A stretch of 32,000 bases of DNA from Apilactobacillus kunkeei (GCF_001421115.1 NZ_JXCW01000003.1:36257-68256), one strand, 5' to 3'; numbered from the stretch's first letter, positions 19,452-29,684 are shown. Made by a program: numbers and translations. Notes: generated by a model not told the origin, from the sequence alone.

Positions 19452-21815
19452 ATGGCTAACATTTTAAGAAAATGGGTCGAAAGCGATAAGCGTGAAGTTA
19501 AAAGACTTAGTAAGCTAGCTGATAAGGTTGAATCATACGCCGATGAAATCAGCCAACTAAGTGATGACGAACTAAAAGCTAAAACCCCAGAATTTCAACA
19601 ACGTTATCAAGATGGGGAAACTCTTGATGACTTACTACCAGAAGCATTTGCAGTTGCCAGAGAAGGTGCTACTCGTGTATTAGGTTTAACTCCTTTCCAT
19701 GTTCAAATCATGGGTGGAATTGTGCTACATGAAGGTAACATTTCAGAAATGAAGACTGGTGAAGGTAAGACTTTGACTGCTACTATGCCAGTTTACCTAA
19801 ACGCCTTAGCTGGTAAGGGTGTTCACGTTATTACTGTTAACGAATACCTATCACAACGTGATGCTGAACAAATGGGTGAACTATACAACTGGTTAGGCCT
19901 ATCAGTAGGTGTTAACTTAACTGAAAAGAGCCCAGAAGAAAAACGTGAAGCTTACAATGCTGATATCACTTACTCAACTAACAGTGAAATCGGTTTTGAT
20001 TACTTACGTGATAACATGGTTGTCTACAAAGAAGACATGGTTCAAAGACCATTGAACTTCGCCATCGTCGATGAAGTTGACTCCATCTTAATTGATGAAG
20101 CTAGAACTCCATTGATTATTTCAGGACAAGCCAAAGGTTCTTCAGAACTATACATGCAAGCTGATCAATTTGCTAAGACATTAAAGGAAAAAGATGACTT
20201 CAAGATTGACTTGGAATCAAAGACTGTTTCTTTAAATGATCAAGGAATTGAAAAGGCTGAAAAGTACTTCAACTTAAAGAACCTATACGACACTGATAAC
20301 ACTGCATTGACTCACCACATTGATGAAGCATTGCGTGCTAACTTCATTATGATTAAGGATAAGGATTACGTTGTTTCTGACGACGAAGTACTTATCGTTG
20401 ATTCATTTACTGGTCGTATCATGGATGGTCGTCGTTTCTCTGATGGATTACACCAAGCTATTGAAGCTAAAGAAGGAGTAACCATTCAAGAAGAAAGTAA
20501 GACAATGGCGAACATTACTTACCAAAACTTATTCAGAATGTACAGTAAGCTTGCCGGTATGACCGGTACTGCTAAGACTGAAGCAGACGAATTTAGAGAA
20601 ATCTATAACATGGACGTTATCTCCATTCCAACCAACAGACCGGTTGCCAGAGTGGACGAACCTGACTTGTTATACCCAACTCTACAATCAAAATTCGATG
20701 CTGTAGTTGATGAAATCAAAGAATTACACGCCAAGGGTCAACCAATCTTAATTGGTACTGTTGCCGTTGAAACTTCAGAATACATTTCAAAACGTTTAGA
20801 TGATGCTGGCATCAAACACGAAGTGCTAAATGCCAAGAACCATGCTAAAGAAGCTGAAATCGTTGCTAATGCTGGTCAAAAGGGTGCGGTTACTATCGCT
20901 ACCAACATGGCCGGTCGTGGTACTGATATTAAATTAGGACCGGGTGTTGTTGAATTAGGTGGACTTGCCGTTATTGGTACTGAAAGACACGAATCAAGAC
21001 GTATCGATAACCAATTACGTGGACGTTCAGGACGTCAAGGTGATCCAGGTCTATCACAATTCTACTTATCACTAGAAGATGACTTAATGCGTCGTTTCGG
21101 TTCTGATAAGATTAAGAACTTCTTGGAAAGAATGAAGGTTGATGGTGACTCAGCTGTTATCAAGAGTCGTTTAATCACCAAGCAAGTTGAATCAGCACAA
21201 AAACGTGTTGAAGGTAACAACTACGATTCAAGAAAACAAGTTCTACAATACGATGACGTTATGAGACAACAACGTAGCGTTATCTACAACGAAAGATACC
21301 AAGTAATCACTGAAGATAAGTCATTAGACTGGGTTATGAAACCAATGGTTAAGAGAACAATCAACCGCATTGTTAACTTACACACTCAAGGTGACAAGAA
21401 GGACTGGGACCTAAGCACAATCTTAGACTTTGCCATTAGTGCACTTGTTAGCCCTGATATGATTAGCCTATCTGACTTAGAAGATAAGTCAGCTGATGAA
21501 ATCAAGGAATTCTTGGTTGAATTATCTGAAAAAGTTTACAAGGAAAAGAAAGAACAACTATACGACCCAGAACAAATGCTAGAATTTGAAAAGGTTGTTG
21601 TATTAAGAGTTGTTGATTCTCACTGGACTGATCATATTGATGAAATGGATCAATTGAGACAATCAATTGGTTTAAGAGGTTATGGTCAATTGAACCCATT
21701 AGTTGAATACCAACGTGAAGGTTATCAAATGTTTGAAGAAATGGTCTCAGATATTGATTACGATGCCACAAGATTGTTCATGAAAGCTGAAATCAGACAA
21801 AACATCGAAAGATAA
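19452..21815 (+). CDS. secA: Preprotein translocase ATPase SecA
   Basis: 787 aa. MKTGEGKTL Walker [29 protein letters not shown] and [14 protein letters not shown]. Confidence 0.98.
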   Translation: MANILRKWVESDKREVKRLSKLADKVESYADEISQLSDDELKAKTPEFQQRYQDGETLDDLLPEAFAVAREGATRVLGLTPFHVQIMGGIVLHEGNISEMKTGEGKTLTATMPVYLNALAGKGVHVITVNEYLSQRDAEQMGELYNWLGLSVGVNLTEKSPEEKREAYNADITYSTNSEIGFDYLRDNMVVYKEDMVQRPLNFAIVDEVDSILIDEARTPLIISGQAKGSSELYMQADQFAKTLKEKDDFKIDLESKTVSLNDQGIEKAEKYFNLKNLYDTDNTALTHHIDEALRANFIMIKDKDYVVSDDEVLIVDSFTGRIMDGRRFSDGLHQAIEAKEGVTIQEESKTMANITYQNLFRMYSKLAGMTGTAKTEADEFREIYNMDVISIPTNRPVARVDEPDLLYPTLQSKFDAVVDEIKELHAKGQPILIGTVAVETSEYISKRLDDAGIKHEVLNAKNHAKEAEIVANAGQKGAVTIATNMAGRGTDIKLGPGVVELGGLAVIGTERHESRRIDNQLRGRSGRQGDPGLSQFYLSLEDDLMRRFGSDKIKNFLERMKVDGDSAVIKSRLITKQVESAQKRVEGNNYDSRKQVLQYDDVMRQQRSVIYNERYQVITEDKSLDWVMKPMVKRTINRIVNLHTQGDKKDWDLSTILDFAISALVSPDMISLSDLEDKSADEIKEFLVELSEKVYKEKKEQLYDPEQMLEFEKVVVLRVVDSHWTDHIDEMDQLRQSIGLRGYGQLNPLVEYQREGYQMFEEMVSDIDYDATRLFMKAEIRQNIER

Positions 21816-21820
21816 TAATA

Positions 21821-21856
21821 AAGCGAAGATGAACAGAAGTTCACTTCGCTTTTTTG
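21821..21856 (+). terminator. Rho-independent terminator after secA
   Basis: AGCGAAG-A-TGAAC / GTTCA-C-TTCGCT stem (21822-21834 and 21839-21850), 12 bp plus one bulge and a 4-nt loop; followed by TTTTT. Confidence 0.8.
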
Positions 21857-21871
21857 GTAAGGAGAGTAAGA

Positions 21872-22988
21872 ATGGAACTAGCTGATGCTAAAAATGAAAT
21901 AAGTCAAATCAAAAAAGCCATCCAAGGCTTTAGGGGGTCTCTTTGACTTAGATTCCCTTCAAGAAAGCATTGAAATTAACGAAGCCAAGATGGCTGAACC
22001 TGGATTCTGGGATAATCCAGAAACAGCCCAAAGCTTCATTAATGAAAATAATCGTTTAAAGAAAAAATACGATAATTTTAATGAACTAAATGAAGAGGCT
22101 GAAGACCTAGAAGTAAACCTAGAATTAATCGAAGAAGAAAACGATGATTCAATGATGGAAGAATTCGAAGAGTCTTTAGCACAAACTAAGTCACATCTTG
22201 AAAAGTACAGATTAGGGATGCTACTAAATGGTAAGTACGATGCCAATAATGCTATTCTAGAAATTCACCCGGGTGCGGGTGGAACAGAATCACATGATTG
22301 GGGCATGATGCTATTTAGAATGTATACCAGATGGGCTGATCAAAATGGTTTCAAACTAGAAACATTGAACTATCAAGCAGGTGAAGTGGCCGGAATTGAT
22401 ACTGCCACCATCATGGTTAGTGGTGAAAATGCATACGGATACCTAAAGTCAGAAAAGGGTGTTCACCGTTTAGTTCGAATTTCACCATTTGATTCTGCCG
22501 GACGTCGTCATACGTCATTTGCTTCTGTTGATGTAATGCCAGAACTAGATGACACTGTCGACATCGAGATTAATCCAGCTGACTTACGAGTTGATGTTTA
22601 CCGTGCCAGTGGTGCCGGTGGACAACACGTTAACAAGACATCTTCAGCAGTTCGTATTACTCATGAACCTACCGGGATTGTTGTGGCCAGTCAAGCTCAA
22701 CGTTCACAACTACAAAATAGAGAAACTGCCATGAACATGTTGAAGTCCAAACTTTACGAACTAGAAGAAGAAAAGAAGGAACAACAAAAGGCACAACTCG
22801 AAGGTGAACAAAAAGAGATTGGTTGGGGTTCACAAATCAGATCTTATGTTTTCCACCCATATTCAATGGTTAAAGACCATCGAACCAATTATGAAACAGC
22901 AAAGGCGCAAGATGTTATGGATGGTGATTTAAATCCATTCATTAATGCATACTTGCAATGGAAACTAAGCAAAAGAAATCCAGAATAG
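21872..22988 (+). CDS. prfB: Peptide chain release factor 2, expressed through a programmed +1 ribosomal frameshift (join 21872..21943, 21945..22988)
   Basis: ATG 21872 follows AAGGAGAG. Twenty-four codons (MELADAKNEISQIKKAIQGFRGSL) end at CTT, followed by an in-frame TGA at 21944-21946. The +1 frame from 21945 (DLDSLQESIEINEAK-MAEPGFWDN...) runs into the 332-aa track ORF, which carries SPF and GGQ (SGAGGQHVN). The joined product is about 371 aa. Confidence 0.95.
21932..21947 (+). promoter_or_regulatory. prfB +1 frameshift site (internal SD-like element plus CTT TGA C)
   Basis: AGGGGGTCTCTTTGAC compared with the E. coli prfB site AGGGGGTATCTTTGAC, a single difference in the spacer codon. Confidence 0.9.
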
Positions 22989-22998
22989 GGGAATTTAA

Positions 22999-24153
22999 AT
23001 GAATAATTTATGGATGACATTGTTAATATTTATTCAGCCAGTACTATGGTTGGGAATATTAAGGAATTACATTATCTACCGTAAGCGTATCAAACGTGAA
23101 AGAAACGACTTTAACACTTCAATTTCACCAAACGATTTTGAAATGAAACATTTTTGGCTAAGCTTCATCGTTTTAGGAATTGTCGGAAGCATCATTTCAA
23201 TGGTACTAGGAATTTATCTATCACTTCCTTGGATCATTATCTATGAAGCATTGTTACTAATAAACTTGATTATTATTCCGGGTCAATTCTTTACAGTGTT
23301 AAACCTAGTAATTGCGACTGCTTTGACATTTGTAACGTATAAATTTGACTTGTTTACGTATATTAATACAGAAGGTATCAACACTTCATTTACTTCACTA
23401 TCAAATGCATTATTGCTATTAGTGACGGTATTCTTTGTTTCCGCATTGTACATGAAGATGTTTCTAGGAAACTATCAATCACCAAAGATTTTTAAGAATC
23501 AACGTGGTAACAAGGTCGCCGGTTATTTAAACAAGGAATTTGCGGTTCTACCAATTGCCGTATTAATTCCAGGTGATCAAATTCATGCATTGATTAGTTG
23601 GTGGCCAGTATTTTCAATGGGTCAACATCAATTAACAGTCTTTATCCTACCGGTATTGATTGGGATTAGATTCACCATTTTCAAATCAATGCCAAAAGAA
23701 TTTTTCAAAAAGTTATCTAATCGATTGTTATGGTTAACATGTTTGGGTATTATTCTAGTTGTTACAACTTACCTACTAAATGGTGTCGATAACATTGAAT
23801 TGATTTCAATGACTGTGATGGCCATATTATACCTACTAGTTTTAATCAGAACTAAGCGTAAGGATAACAAGAAGGCTAAGTGGTTCTCAGATGCAGTTAA
23901 TGGTCTAAGAGTAATCGCCGTTAGAAAAGACACGCCAGCTGAAAAGATGGGTGTTGAAATGGGTGATTTAATTGTTGAAGTTAACAACATTAAAGTAAGT
24001 ACCGAAGACGATTTCTACAAGGCCACTTTGACTTCGCCAACATTTTGTCGATTGAAGGTATTGAACCGCCAAGATCGTATCAAGATTATGGAAAGTGCCA
24101 TTTACAGTGACTCACCAAATGAATTAGGTGTAGTTGTGATTAAGGAAAAATAA
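22999..24153 (+). CDS. Polytopic membrane protein with a C-terminal PDZ domain; function unknown
   Basis: 384 aa. Multiple hydrophobic segments across about 300 aa, then a PDZ-like region GLRVIAVRKDTPAEKMGVEMGDLIVEVNNIKVSTEDDF. I could find no HExxH motif or obvious serine-protease motif. It starts 10 nt after the prfB stop. Confidence 0.65.
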   Translation: MNNLWMTLLIFIQPVLWLGILRNYIIYRKRIKRERNDFNTSISPNDFEMKHFWLSFIVLGIVGSIISMVLGIYLSLPWIIIYEALLLINLIIIPGQFFTVLNLVIATALTFVTYKFDLFTYINTEGINTSFTSLSNALLLLVTVFFVSALYMKMFLGNYQSPKIFKNQRGNKVAGYLNKEFAVLPIAVLIPGDQIHALISWWPVFSMGQHQLTVFILPVLIGIRFTIFKSMPKEFFKKLSNRLLWLTCLGIILVVTTYLLNGVDNIELISMTVMAILYLLVLIRTKRKDNKKAKWFSDAVNGLRVIAVRKDTPAEKMGVEMGDLIVEVNNIKVSTEDDFYKATLTSPTFCRLKVLNRQDRIKIMESAIYSDSPNELGVVVIKEK

Positions 24154-24207
24154 CTTAAGATTCATTTAATAAACATTATTTAAAATGTCATTTAACGAGG
24201 AGGCTTT

Positions 24208-24480
24208 ATGATGACTAAAATTTACCGTTCTCAATCAGATCGATTATTAACAGGATTATTAGGTGGAATTGCCGAATACTTCCATATCAACTCACAACTT
24301 TTAAGAATTATTTTTGTTGTTCTATCCATTATTCCGGGCCATCTAATTGGCGGACTATTGCTTTATGTAATTTGTTTAGTAATTGTTCCGGCTAACCCCA
24401 ACGTTTATGGTGGTGGACACACTACTAACAAACAAACTCGACGCAATTTAACTGACGTTGATGAATTTAATGATAAATAA
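24208..24480 (+). CDS. PspC domain-containing membrane protein
   Basis: 90 aa. IYRSQSDRLLTGLLGGIAEYFHINSQLLRIIFVVL is a typical PspC domain, followed by one transmembrane segment. RBS GAGGAGG. ATG 24211 is equally possible as the start. Confidence 0.8.
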   Translation: MMTKIYRSQSDRLLTGLLGGIAEYFHINSQLLRIIFVVLSIIPGHLIGGLLLYVICLVIVPANPNVYGGGHTTNKQTRRNLTDVDEFNDK

Positions 24481-24491
24481 GAGGTGACACC

Positions 24492-24827
24492 ATGAGAGTG
24501 TTAGGCAGAATATTGATTAACACATTGCTATTTGTTGCGATTGCTGGATTCTTTCAAGGCAGCTTTTACGTTGCTTCTTTTGAAACCGCGATTGTGGCTG
24601 CAATTGTTTTAGCGATTCTAAATGCATTGGTAAAACCAGTATTGTTTATCTTATCCTTACCAATTAACTTGGTAACCTTAGGATTATTCAGTATTATCCT
24701 GAATGGAATTATGTTGGAATTAACATCTTTTGTGGTGGGCAATACTTTCCATTTTGCTTCATTTGGAATGGCAGTGATTGTTGCATTGATCATGTCAATT
24801 TGTAACGTCATATTGTCAGACTACTAA
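24492..24827 (+). CDS. YvlD/phage holin 4_2 family (DUF360) membrane protein
   Basis: 111 aa with about 4 transmembrane segments. ILNALVKPVLFILSLPINLVTLGLFSIILNGIML resembles B. subtilis YvlD as I recall it. RBS GAGGTG. Confidence 0.75.
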   Translation: MRVLGRILINTLLFVAIAGFFQGSFYVASFETAIVAAIVLAILNALVKPVLFILSLPINLVTLGLFSIILNGIMLELTSFVVGNTFHFASFGMAVIVALIMSICNVILSDY

Positions 24828-24853
24828 AATTTTTTTAAAAACATCTAATAACA

Positions 24854-24862
24854 TGATAAAAT
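24854..24862 (+). promoter_or_regulatory. Candidate extended -10 promoter element for hprK
   Basis: TGATAAAAT (TGnTAnAAT), 29 nt upstream of the hprK ATG. Pattern only. Confidence 0.3.
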
Positions 24863-24890
24863 TATCTTATAACGAAGTGGAGGAAAGGCT

Positions 24891-25829
24891 ATGGCATACA
24901 GTGTAACGGTCGCCGATCTTGTTGAAAACACTCACCTAGATATTTTCTACGGTGAAGAATACTTAGATCGACCAATTACCACGAGCGATATTTCACGCCC
25001 TGGTTTGGAATTAACAGGATACTTTAACTACTACCCATCAAAGAGAATTCAATTACTTGGTATTACTGAAACATCATATGCTAAGGGAATGGATAGCAAT
25101 GAACTTTTTGATGTAATGAAGAAAATGTGTTTACCAGAAACACCAGCATTTGTTATTTCAACTCAATTAGATCCACCTGATGAATTAATTCGTGCTGCTA
25201 AGAACCAACATATTCCAGTATTAGGTTCTAAGCTAACAACTTCTCGAGTACTAAGTAACATGACTAACTACTTGGAAGGTAAATTAGCCGAAAGAAAATC
25301 AATTCATGGTGTGCTAATTGACGTATATGGTTTAGGGGTACTAATGACAGGGGACTCTGGAATTGGTAAGAGTGAAACTGCATTGGAACTTGTTAAACGT
25401 GGTCATAGATTAATTGCCGATGATCGTGTTGAAGTATACCAACAAGATGAACAAACTCTAATTGGTCAAGCACCAATGATTCTAAGACACCTACTAGAAA
25501 TTAGAGGAATTGGGATTATCGATGTGATGAACCTATTTGGTGCCGGTGCCGTTCGTTCACAGACTAAGGTTGACTTGATTGTTCACCTTGAAAACTGGTC
25601 TGATGACACTCCATATGATAGATTGGGTAATGGCGACGAAACCCGTCGTATCTTTGACGTTGACGTGCAAAGAGTAAGCATTCCAGTTAAGACTGGTCGT
25701 AACTTAGCTATCATTATTGAAGCGGCAGCCATGAACTACCGTGCTAAGAAGATGGGTTATGATGCTACAAAGGTATTTGATAATAACCTAAACGACTTAA
25801 TTAAAGAAAATTCAGGTAACAAAAAATAA
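24891..25829 (+). CDS. hprK: HPr kinase/phosphorylase
   Basis: 312 aa. Walker A GDSGIGKSETALEL, signature LEIRGIGIIDV, and C-terminal RNLAIIIEAAAMNYR. Confidence 0.95.
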   Translation: MAYSVTVADLVENTHLDIFYGEEYLDRPITTSDISRPGLELTGYFNYYPSKRIQLLGITETSYAKGMDSNELFDVMKKMCLPETPAFVISTQLDPPDELIRAAKNQHIPVLGSKLTTSRVLSNMTNYLEGKLAERKSIHGVLIDVYGLGVLMTGDSGIGKSETALELVKRGHRLIADDRVEVYQQDEQTLIGQAPMILRHLLEIRGIGIIDVMNLFGAGAVRSQTKVDLIVHLENWSDDTPYDRLGNGDETRRIFDVDVQRVSIPVKTGRNLAIIIEAAAMNYRAKKMGYDATKVFDNNLNDLIKENSGNKK

Positions 25830-25853
25830 TCCTCTTTTTAGGAAGTGAAAAAA

Positions 25854-26675
25854 ATGTCAATTGCGTTAAATCCAATTGCGTTTAATCTGGGACCTATCTT
25901 AGTTCACTGGTACGGGATTTTTATTGCCACCGCAGTACTAATCGCCGTTTACCTTTCAGTTAAGGAAGGAAGAAAACGCGGGATTCAACCAGATAATATT
26001 TACGATATGATTCTATGGGCTTTGCCAGTGGCAATCATTTGTGCCCGTATTTATTATGTTGTATTTCAATGGTCATACTACAGCCAACATCTAAATGAGA
26101 TTGTTAAGATTTGGGATGGGGGAATTGCCATCTATGGTGCCTTGATTGGTGCGTTTGTCGTGGTATTCTTATACTGTAGAAGTAAATTAATCTCAGTTTG
26201 GGCAATGCTTGATGTGATTGCACCAACTGTGATTATGGGCCAAGGAATTGGTAGATGGGGAAACTTCATGAACCAAGAAGCTTTTGGTAAGATTACCAGC
26301 TTAGCGTTCTTGAAGTCACTACACCTACCTAATTTCATTATTAACCAAATGTTTATTCAAGGATTTTATCGCCAACCAACATTCCTGTATGAATCACTAT
26401 GGGACTTGTTAGGATTTGTTCTATTGATGAATCTTCGTCAAATCCAAGGGTTCTTCAAACGTGGTGAAGTGGTATTATCTTACGTTATTTGGTACTCATT
26501 TGGTCGATTCTTTGTCGAAGGGATGAGAACAGATAGCTTAATGCTATTTGGTGGAATTCGAGTTTCACAATTATTATCGATTATCCTATTCGTGGGAGCA
26601 ATCGGATTAATGATCTATCGTCGCAAAAATGATTCTGATTTGCCTTACTACCTTGATGGTAGCAAGTTACAATAA
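25854..26675 (+). CDS. lgt: Prolipoprotein diacylglyceryl transferase
   Basis: NPIAFNLGPILVHWYGI N-terminus, GRWGNFMNQEAFG and YESLWDLLGF motifs. I prefer ATG 25854, 8 nt after AGGAAG. The track's GTG 25845 overlaps the RBS. Confidence 0.9.
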   Translation: MSIALNPIAFNLGPILVHWYGIFIATAVLIAVYLSVKEGRKRGIQPDNIYDMILWALPVAIICARIYYVVFQWSYYSQHLNEIVKIWDGGIAIYGALIGAFVVVFLYCRSKLISVWAMLDVIAPTVIMGQGIGRWGNFMNQEAFGKITSLAFLKSLHLPNFIINQMFIQGFYRQPTFLYESLWDLLGFVLLMNLRQIQGFFKRGEVVLSYVIWYSFGRFFVEGMRTDSLMLFGGIRVSQLLSIILFVGAIGLMIYRRKNDSDLPYYLDGSKLQ

Positions 26676-26696
26676 ATTTAAGGAGCTATATTTATT

Positions 26697-27713
26697 ATGG
26701 TAGAAAAAATTGCAGTGTTAGGAGCAGGCTCATGGGGAAGCATGCTTGCTAATATTTTAGTTGAAAATGGTAATGAAGTGCGTTTATGGTCATACAAACA
26801 ATCACAAGTTGATGAACTAAACAACAAGCACACAAACGAAAAATACATCAAAGATTTTACATATCCAAAAGAACTAGTTGCTTATGCTGATATGAAGGAA
26901 GCAATTAGAGGCGTAGATGATATTTTATTTGTTGTTCCAGCACAAGTTACAAGAAGTACTGCAAAACAAGTAAACGAAATCCTAGAAGAACTAGACATGA
27001 AGGTAAACATTATTCATGGTAGTAAAGGGATTGAACAAAAGACTTACAAACGTATGTCAGAAGTTCTAGCTGATGAAATCGATGAAAGTCATCGTAAATC
27101 AATCTCAGTTATTTCAGGTCCTAGTCAAGCAGAATCAGTTGCTAAACACGATATTACTTTGGTAACTACTGCTTCAGAAAACATCAAAGATGCTGAACAT
27201 ATTCAATCATTATTCATCAATGATTACTTCAGAGTTTATACTAATGACGACATCATCGGTGTTGAAATTGGTGCAGCTCTAAAGAACATTATTGCTATTG
27301 GTGCCGGTGCACTTTACGGTCTAGGTTACGCTGACAATGCTAAAGCAGCATTGATGACTCGTGGTCTTGCCGAAATTTCTCGTTTGGGAACTTCATTCGG
27401 TGCTAACCCATTAACATTCACTGGTCTATCAGGATTCGGTGATGTGATCGTTACTGCAACAAGTAGTGACTCACGTAACTGGCGTGCAGGATATCAACTA
27501 GGTAAGGGAGAGACCTTAGATGATATCGTTAAGAACATGGGAATGGTTATTGAAGGTATCGCAACTGCAGAAGCTGCATACGAACTAGCCAACCAACGTG
27601 GCATTGACATGCCAATTACTTCAGCAATCTACAAGGTACTACACAAGGAAATTACAATTGATGATGCAATTTCTCAACTAATGCACCGTAAGGGTAGAGC
27701 TGAATTAGATTAA
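26697..27713 (+). CDS. gpsA: NAD(P)H-dependent glycerol-3-phosphate dehydrogenase
   Basis: 338 aa. Rossmann motif VLGAGSWGSMLA, plus GALKNIIAIGAG and GDVIVTATSSDSRN. Confidence 0.95.
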   Translation: MVEKIAVLGAGSWGSMLANILVENGNEVRLWSYKQSQVDELNNKHTNEKYIKDFTYPKELVAYADMKEAIRGVDDILFVVPAQVTRSTAKQVNEILEELDMKVNIIHGSKGIEQKTYKRMSEVLADEIDESHRKSISVISGPSQAESVAKHDITLVTTASENIKDAEHIQSLFINDYFRVYTNDDIIGVEIGAALKNIIAIGAGALYGLGYADNAKAALMTRGLAEISRLGTSFGANPLTFTGLSGFGDVIVTATSSDSRNWRAGYQLGKGETLDDIVKNMGMVIEGIATAEAAYELANQRGIDMPITSAIYKVLHKEITIDDAISQLMHRKGRAELD

Positions 27714-27757
27714 TATTTAAGAAATAGGAAAATATGAGAAAATAGGAGTTTATATTC

Positions 27758-28633
27758 ATGAAGAAAATCAAAAAAGCAATTATCCCAGCAGCAGGTTTAG
27801 GAACTAGATTCCTACCAGAAACTAAGGCAATGCCAAAGGAAATGCTACCGGTAGTTGATAAGCCAGCTATTCAACTAATCGTTGAAGAAGCTATCGCATC
27901 AGGAATTACTGACATTTTAATTATTATTGGTAAGGGTAAACGTGCTATTGAAGATCATTTCGATTCAAACACTGAACTTGAATTGAACCTTGAATCAAAA
28001 GGTAAGGATGAAATGCTAAAGGCTGTTAAGGAAACTAACGGTTTGAACATTTACTTTAAGCGTCAAGAACATCCTAATGGTCTAGGTGATGCTGTTCATA
28101 CTGCTAAGAGTTTCGTTGGTGAAGATCCATTTGTTATCATGCTAGGTGATGATTTGATGACAGATGAAACTCCATTAACTAAGCAATTAATCGACAGTTA
28201 TGAAGAAACAGGTTCATCAACACTTGCTGTTATGAAGGTTCCTCATGAAGACACATCAAAATATGGTGTTATCAACCCAGCTAAGGAAGTTAGCGATGGT
28301 TTATACGATGTTACTAATTTCGTTGAAAAGCCAAACCCAGAAGATGCTCCAAGTGATTTAGCAATTATTGGTCGTTACCTATTAACTGCAGACATCTTCG
28401 ACATCCTAGAAAACACTAAACCTGGTAAGGGTAACGAAATTCAATTAACTGATGCCATCGATACTCTAAACAAAAAGGGTAAGGTATACGCTCACGAATT
28501 CAAGGGTGACAGATATGACACTGGTAATAAGTTCGGTTGGTTACAAACTAACATCGAATTTGGTCTAAAACACCCAGAAGTTTCTGATGAATTAAAACAA
28601 TACATCAAGGACTTAGCTAAGAAGTTAGATTGA
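27758..28633 (+). CDS. galU: UTP-glucose-1-phosphate uridylyltransferase
   Basis: 291 aa. [32 protein letters not shown]-terminus, plus [15 protein letters not shown] and LTDAI motifs. Confidence 0.9.
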   Translation: MKKIKKAIIPAAGLGTRFLPETKAMPKEMLPVVDKPAIQLIVEEAIASGITDILIIIGKGKRAIEDHFDSNTELELNLESKGKDEMLKAVKETNGLNIYFKRQEHPNGLGDAVHTAKSFVGEDPFVIMLGDDLMTDETPLTKQLIDSYEETGSSTLAVMKVPHEDTSKYGVINPAKEVSDGLYDVTNFVEKPNPEDAPSDLAIIGRYLLTADIFDILENTKPGKGNEIQLTDAIDTLNKKGKVYAHEFKGDRYDTGNKFGWLQTNIEFGLKHPEVSDELKQYIKDLAKKLD

Positions 28634-28720
28634 AATTAGTTTGTGTGCAAATTAATGGACAAATGTTTTATATGATAGTAAAGTATCATATATTAATTCA
28701 ATGAAAGGAGGAGCTTAATT

Positions 28721-29641
28721 ATGGAAAAATATGACGTAATTATTATTGGTGCAGGTCCTGGTGGAATGACATCTGCACTATATGCTTCTCGTGCAAATTT
28801 ATCAGTAATGATGATTGACCGTGGTATCTACGGTGGTCAAATGAACAACACTGCTGAAATCGAAAATTACCCAGGATTTAAGTCAATCCTAGGTCCAGAT
28901 TTAGCGAAAGAAATGTATGAAAGTTCCACAAACTTCGGTGCCAAGTACGAATATGGAACAGTTGAATCAATCGAAGACAAAGGTGATTCTAAGATTGTTA
29001 AGACTGACCAAGGTAGCTATGAAGCAGGTGCTGTTATCATTGGTACTGGTTCACAATACAGAAAGCTAGGCGTTCCTGGCGAAGACGAATATGGTGGAAG
29101 AGGTGTCTCATACTGTGCCGTATGTGATGGGGCATTCTTCAAGAACCGTGAAGTTGTCGTTGTCGGTGGTGGAGATTCAGCTATCTCTGAAGCACTATAC
29201 CTTGCAGGTTTAGCTTCAAAGGTTACGGTTATTCACCGTCGCGATCAACTACGTGCACAAAAGGTTATCCAAGACCGTGCATTTGCTAACGACAAGATTG
29301 AATTTGTTTGGGACACTAACGTAACTGAAGTTGTTGGTGACAACATGAAGGTTACTGGTGTTAAGACTATCAACAACAAGACAAACGAAGAAGGCGAAAT
29401 CGCTGCTTCAGGTGTCTTCATCTATGTTGGTAACAACCCAATGACTGAACCTTTCAGTAACTTAAACATTACTGACGAAAAAGGTTGGATCAAGACAAAC
29501 GAACGTATGGAAACTTCAGTAAAGGGTATCTTTGCTATTGGTGACGTACGTGAAAAAGAATTAAGACAAGTAACTACTGCTGTTGGTGACGGTGGTATTG
29601 CTGGTCAAAACGCATTCGAATACGTATCTTCATTACACTAA
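28721..29641 (+). CDS. trxB: Thioredoxin-disulfide reductase
   Basis: 306 aa. FAD motif IIGAGPGG, redox-active CAVCDG, NADPH motif VVGGGDSA with HRRDQLRA, and C-terminal GDV...Q..TAVGDG. Confidence 0.95.
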   Translation: MEKYDVIIIGAGPGGMTSALYASRANLSVMMIDRGIYGGQMNNTAEIENYPGFKSILGPDLAKEMYESSTNFGAKYEYGTVESIEDKGDSKIVKTDQGSYEAGAVIIGTGSQYRKLGVPGEDEYGGRGVSYCAVCDGAFFKNREVVVVGGGDSAISEALYLAGLASKVTVIHRRDQLRAQKVIQDRAFANDKIEFVWDTNVTEVVGDNMKVTGVKTINNKTNEEGEIAASGVFIYVGNNPMTEPFSNLNITDEKGWIKTNERMETSVKGIFAIGDVREKELRQVTTAVGDGGIAGQNAFEYVSSLH

Positions 29642-29652
29642 AAAGTGTGATT

Positions 29653-29684
29653 AAAAAGACTGGTCTAATGGCCAGTCTTTTTTG
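29653..29684 (+). terminator. Rho-independent terminator after trxB
   Basis: AAAGACTGGT (29655-29664) pairs with GCCAGTCTTT (29671-29680), followed by a T-run. Confidence 0.85.

Noticed and set aside
27722-27747. Direct repeat AAATAGGA (27722-27729 and 27740-47) with a 3-codon mini-ORF (ATG AGA AAA TAG, 27734-27745) upstream of galU.
   Set aside because: The second copy is simply the galU RBS. An 8-nt repeat in a 44-nt AT-rich spacer is within chance, and the mini-ORF is too short to argue for a leader peptide.
28640-28666. TTTGTG...GACAAA inverted repeat upstream of trxB as a Rex box.
   Set aside because: The arms are only 5-6 nt and the spacing (about 23 nt overall) does not fit the 18-20 nt TTGTGAA-N-TTCACAA operator.
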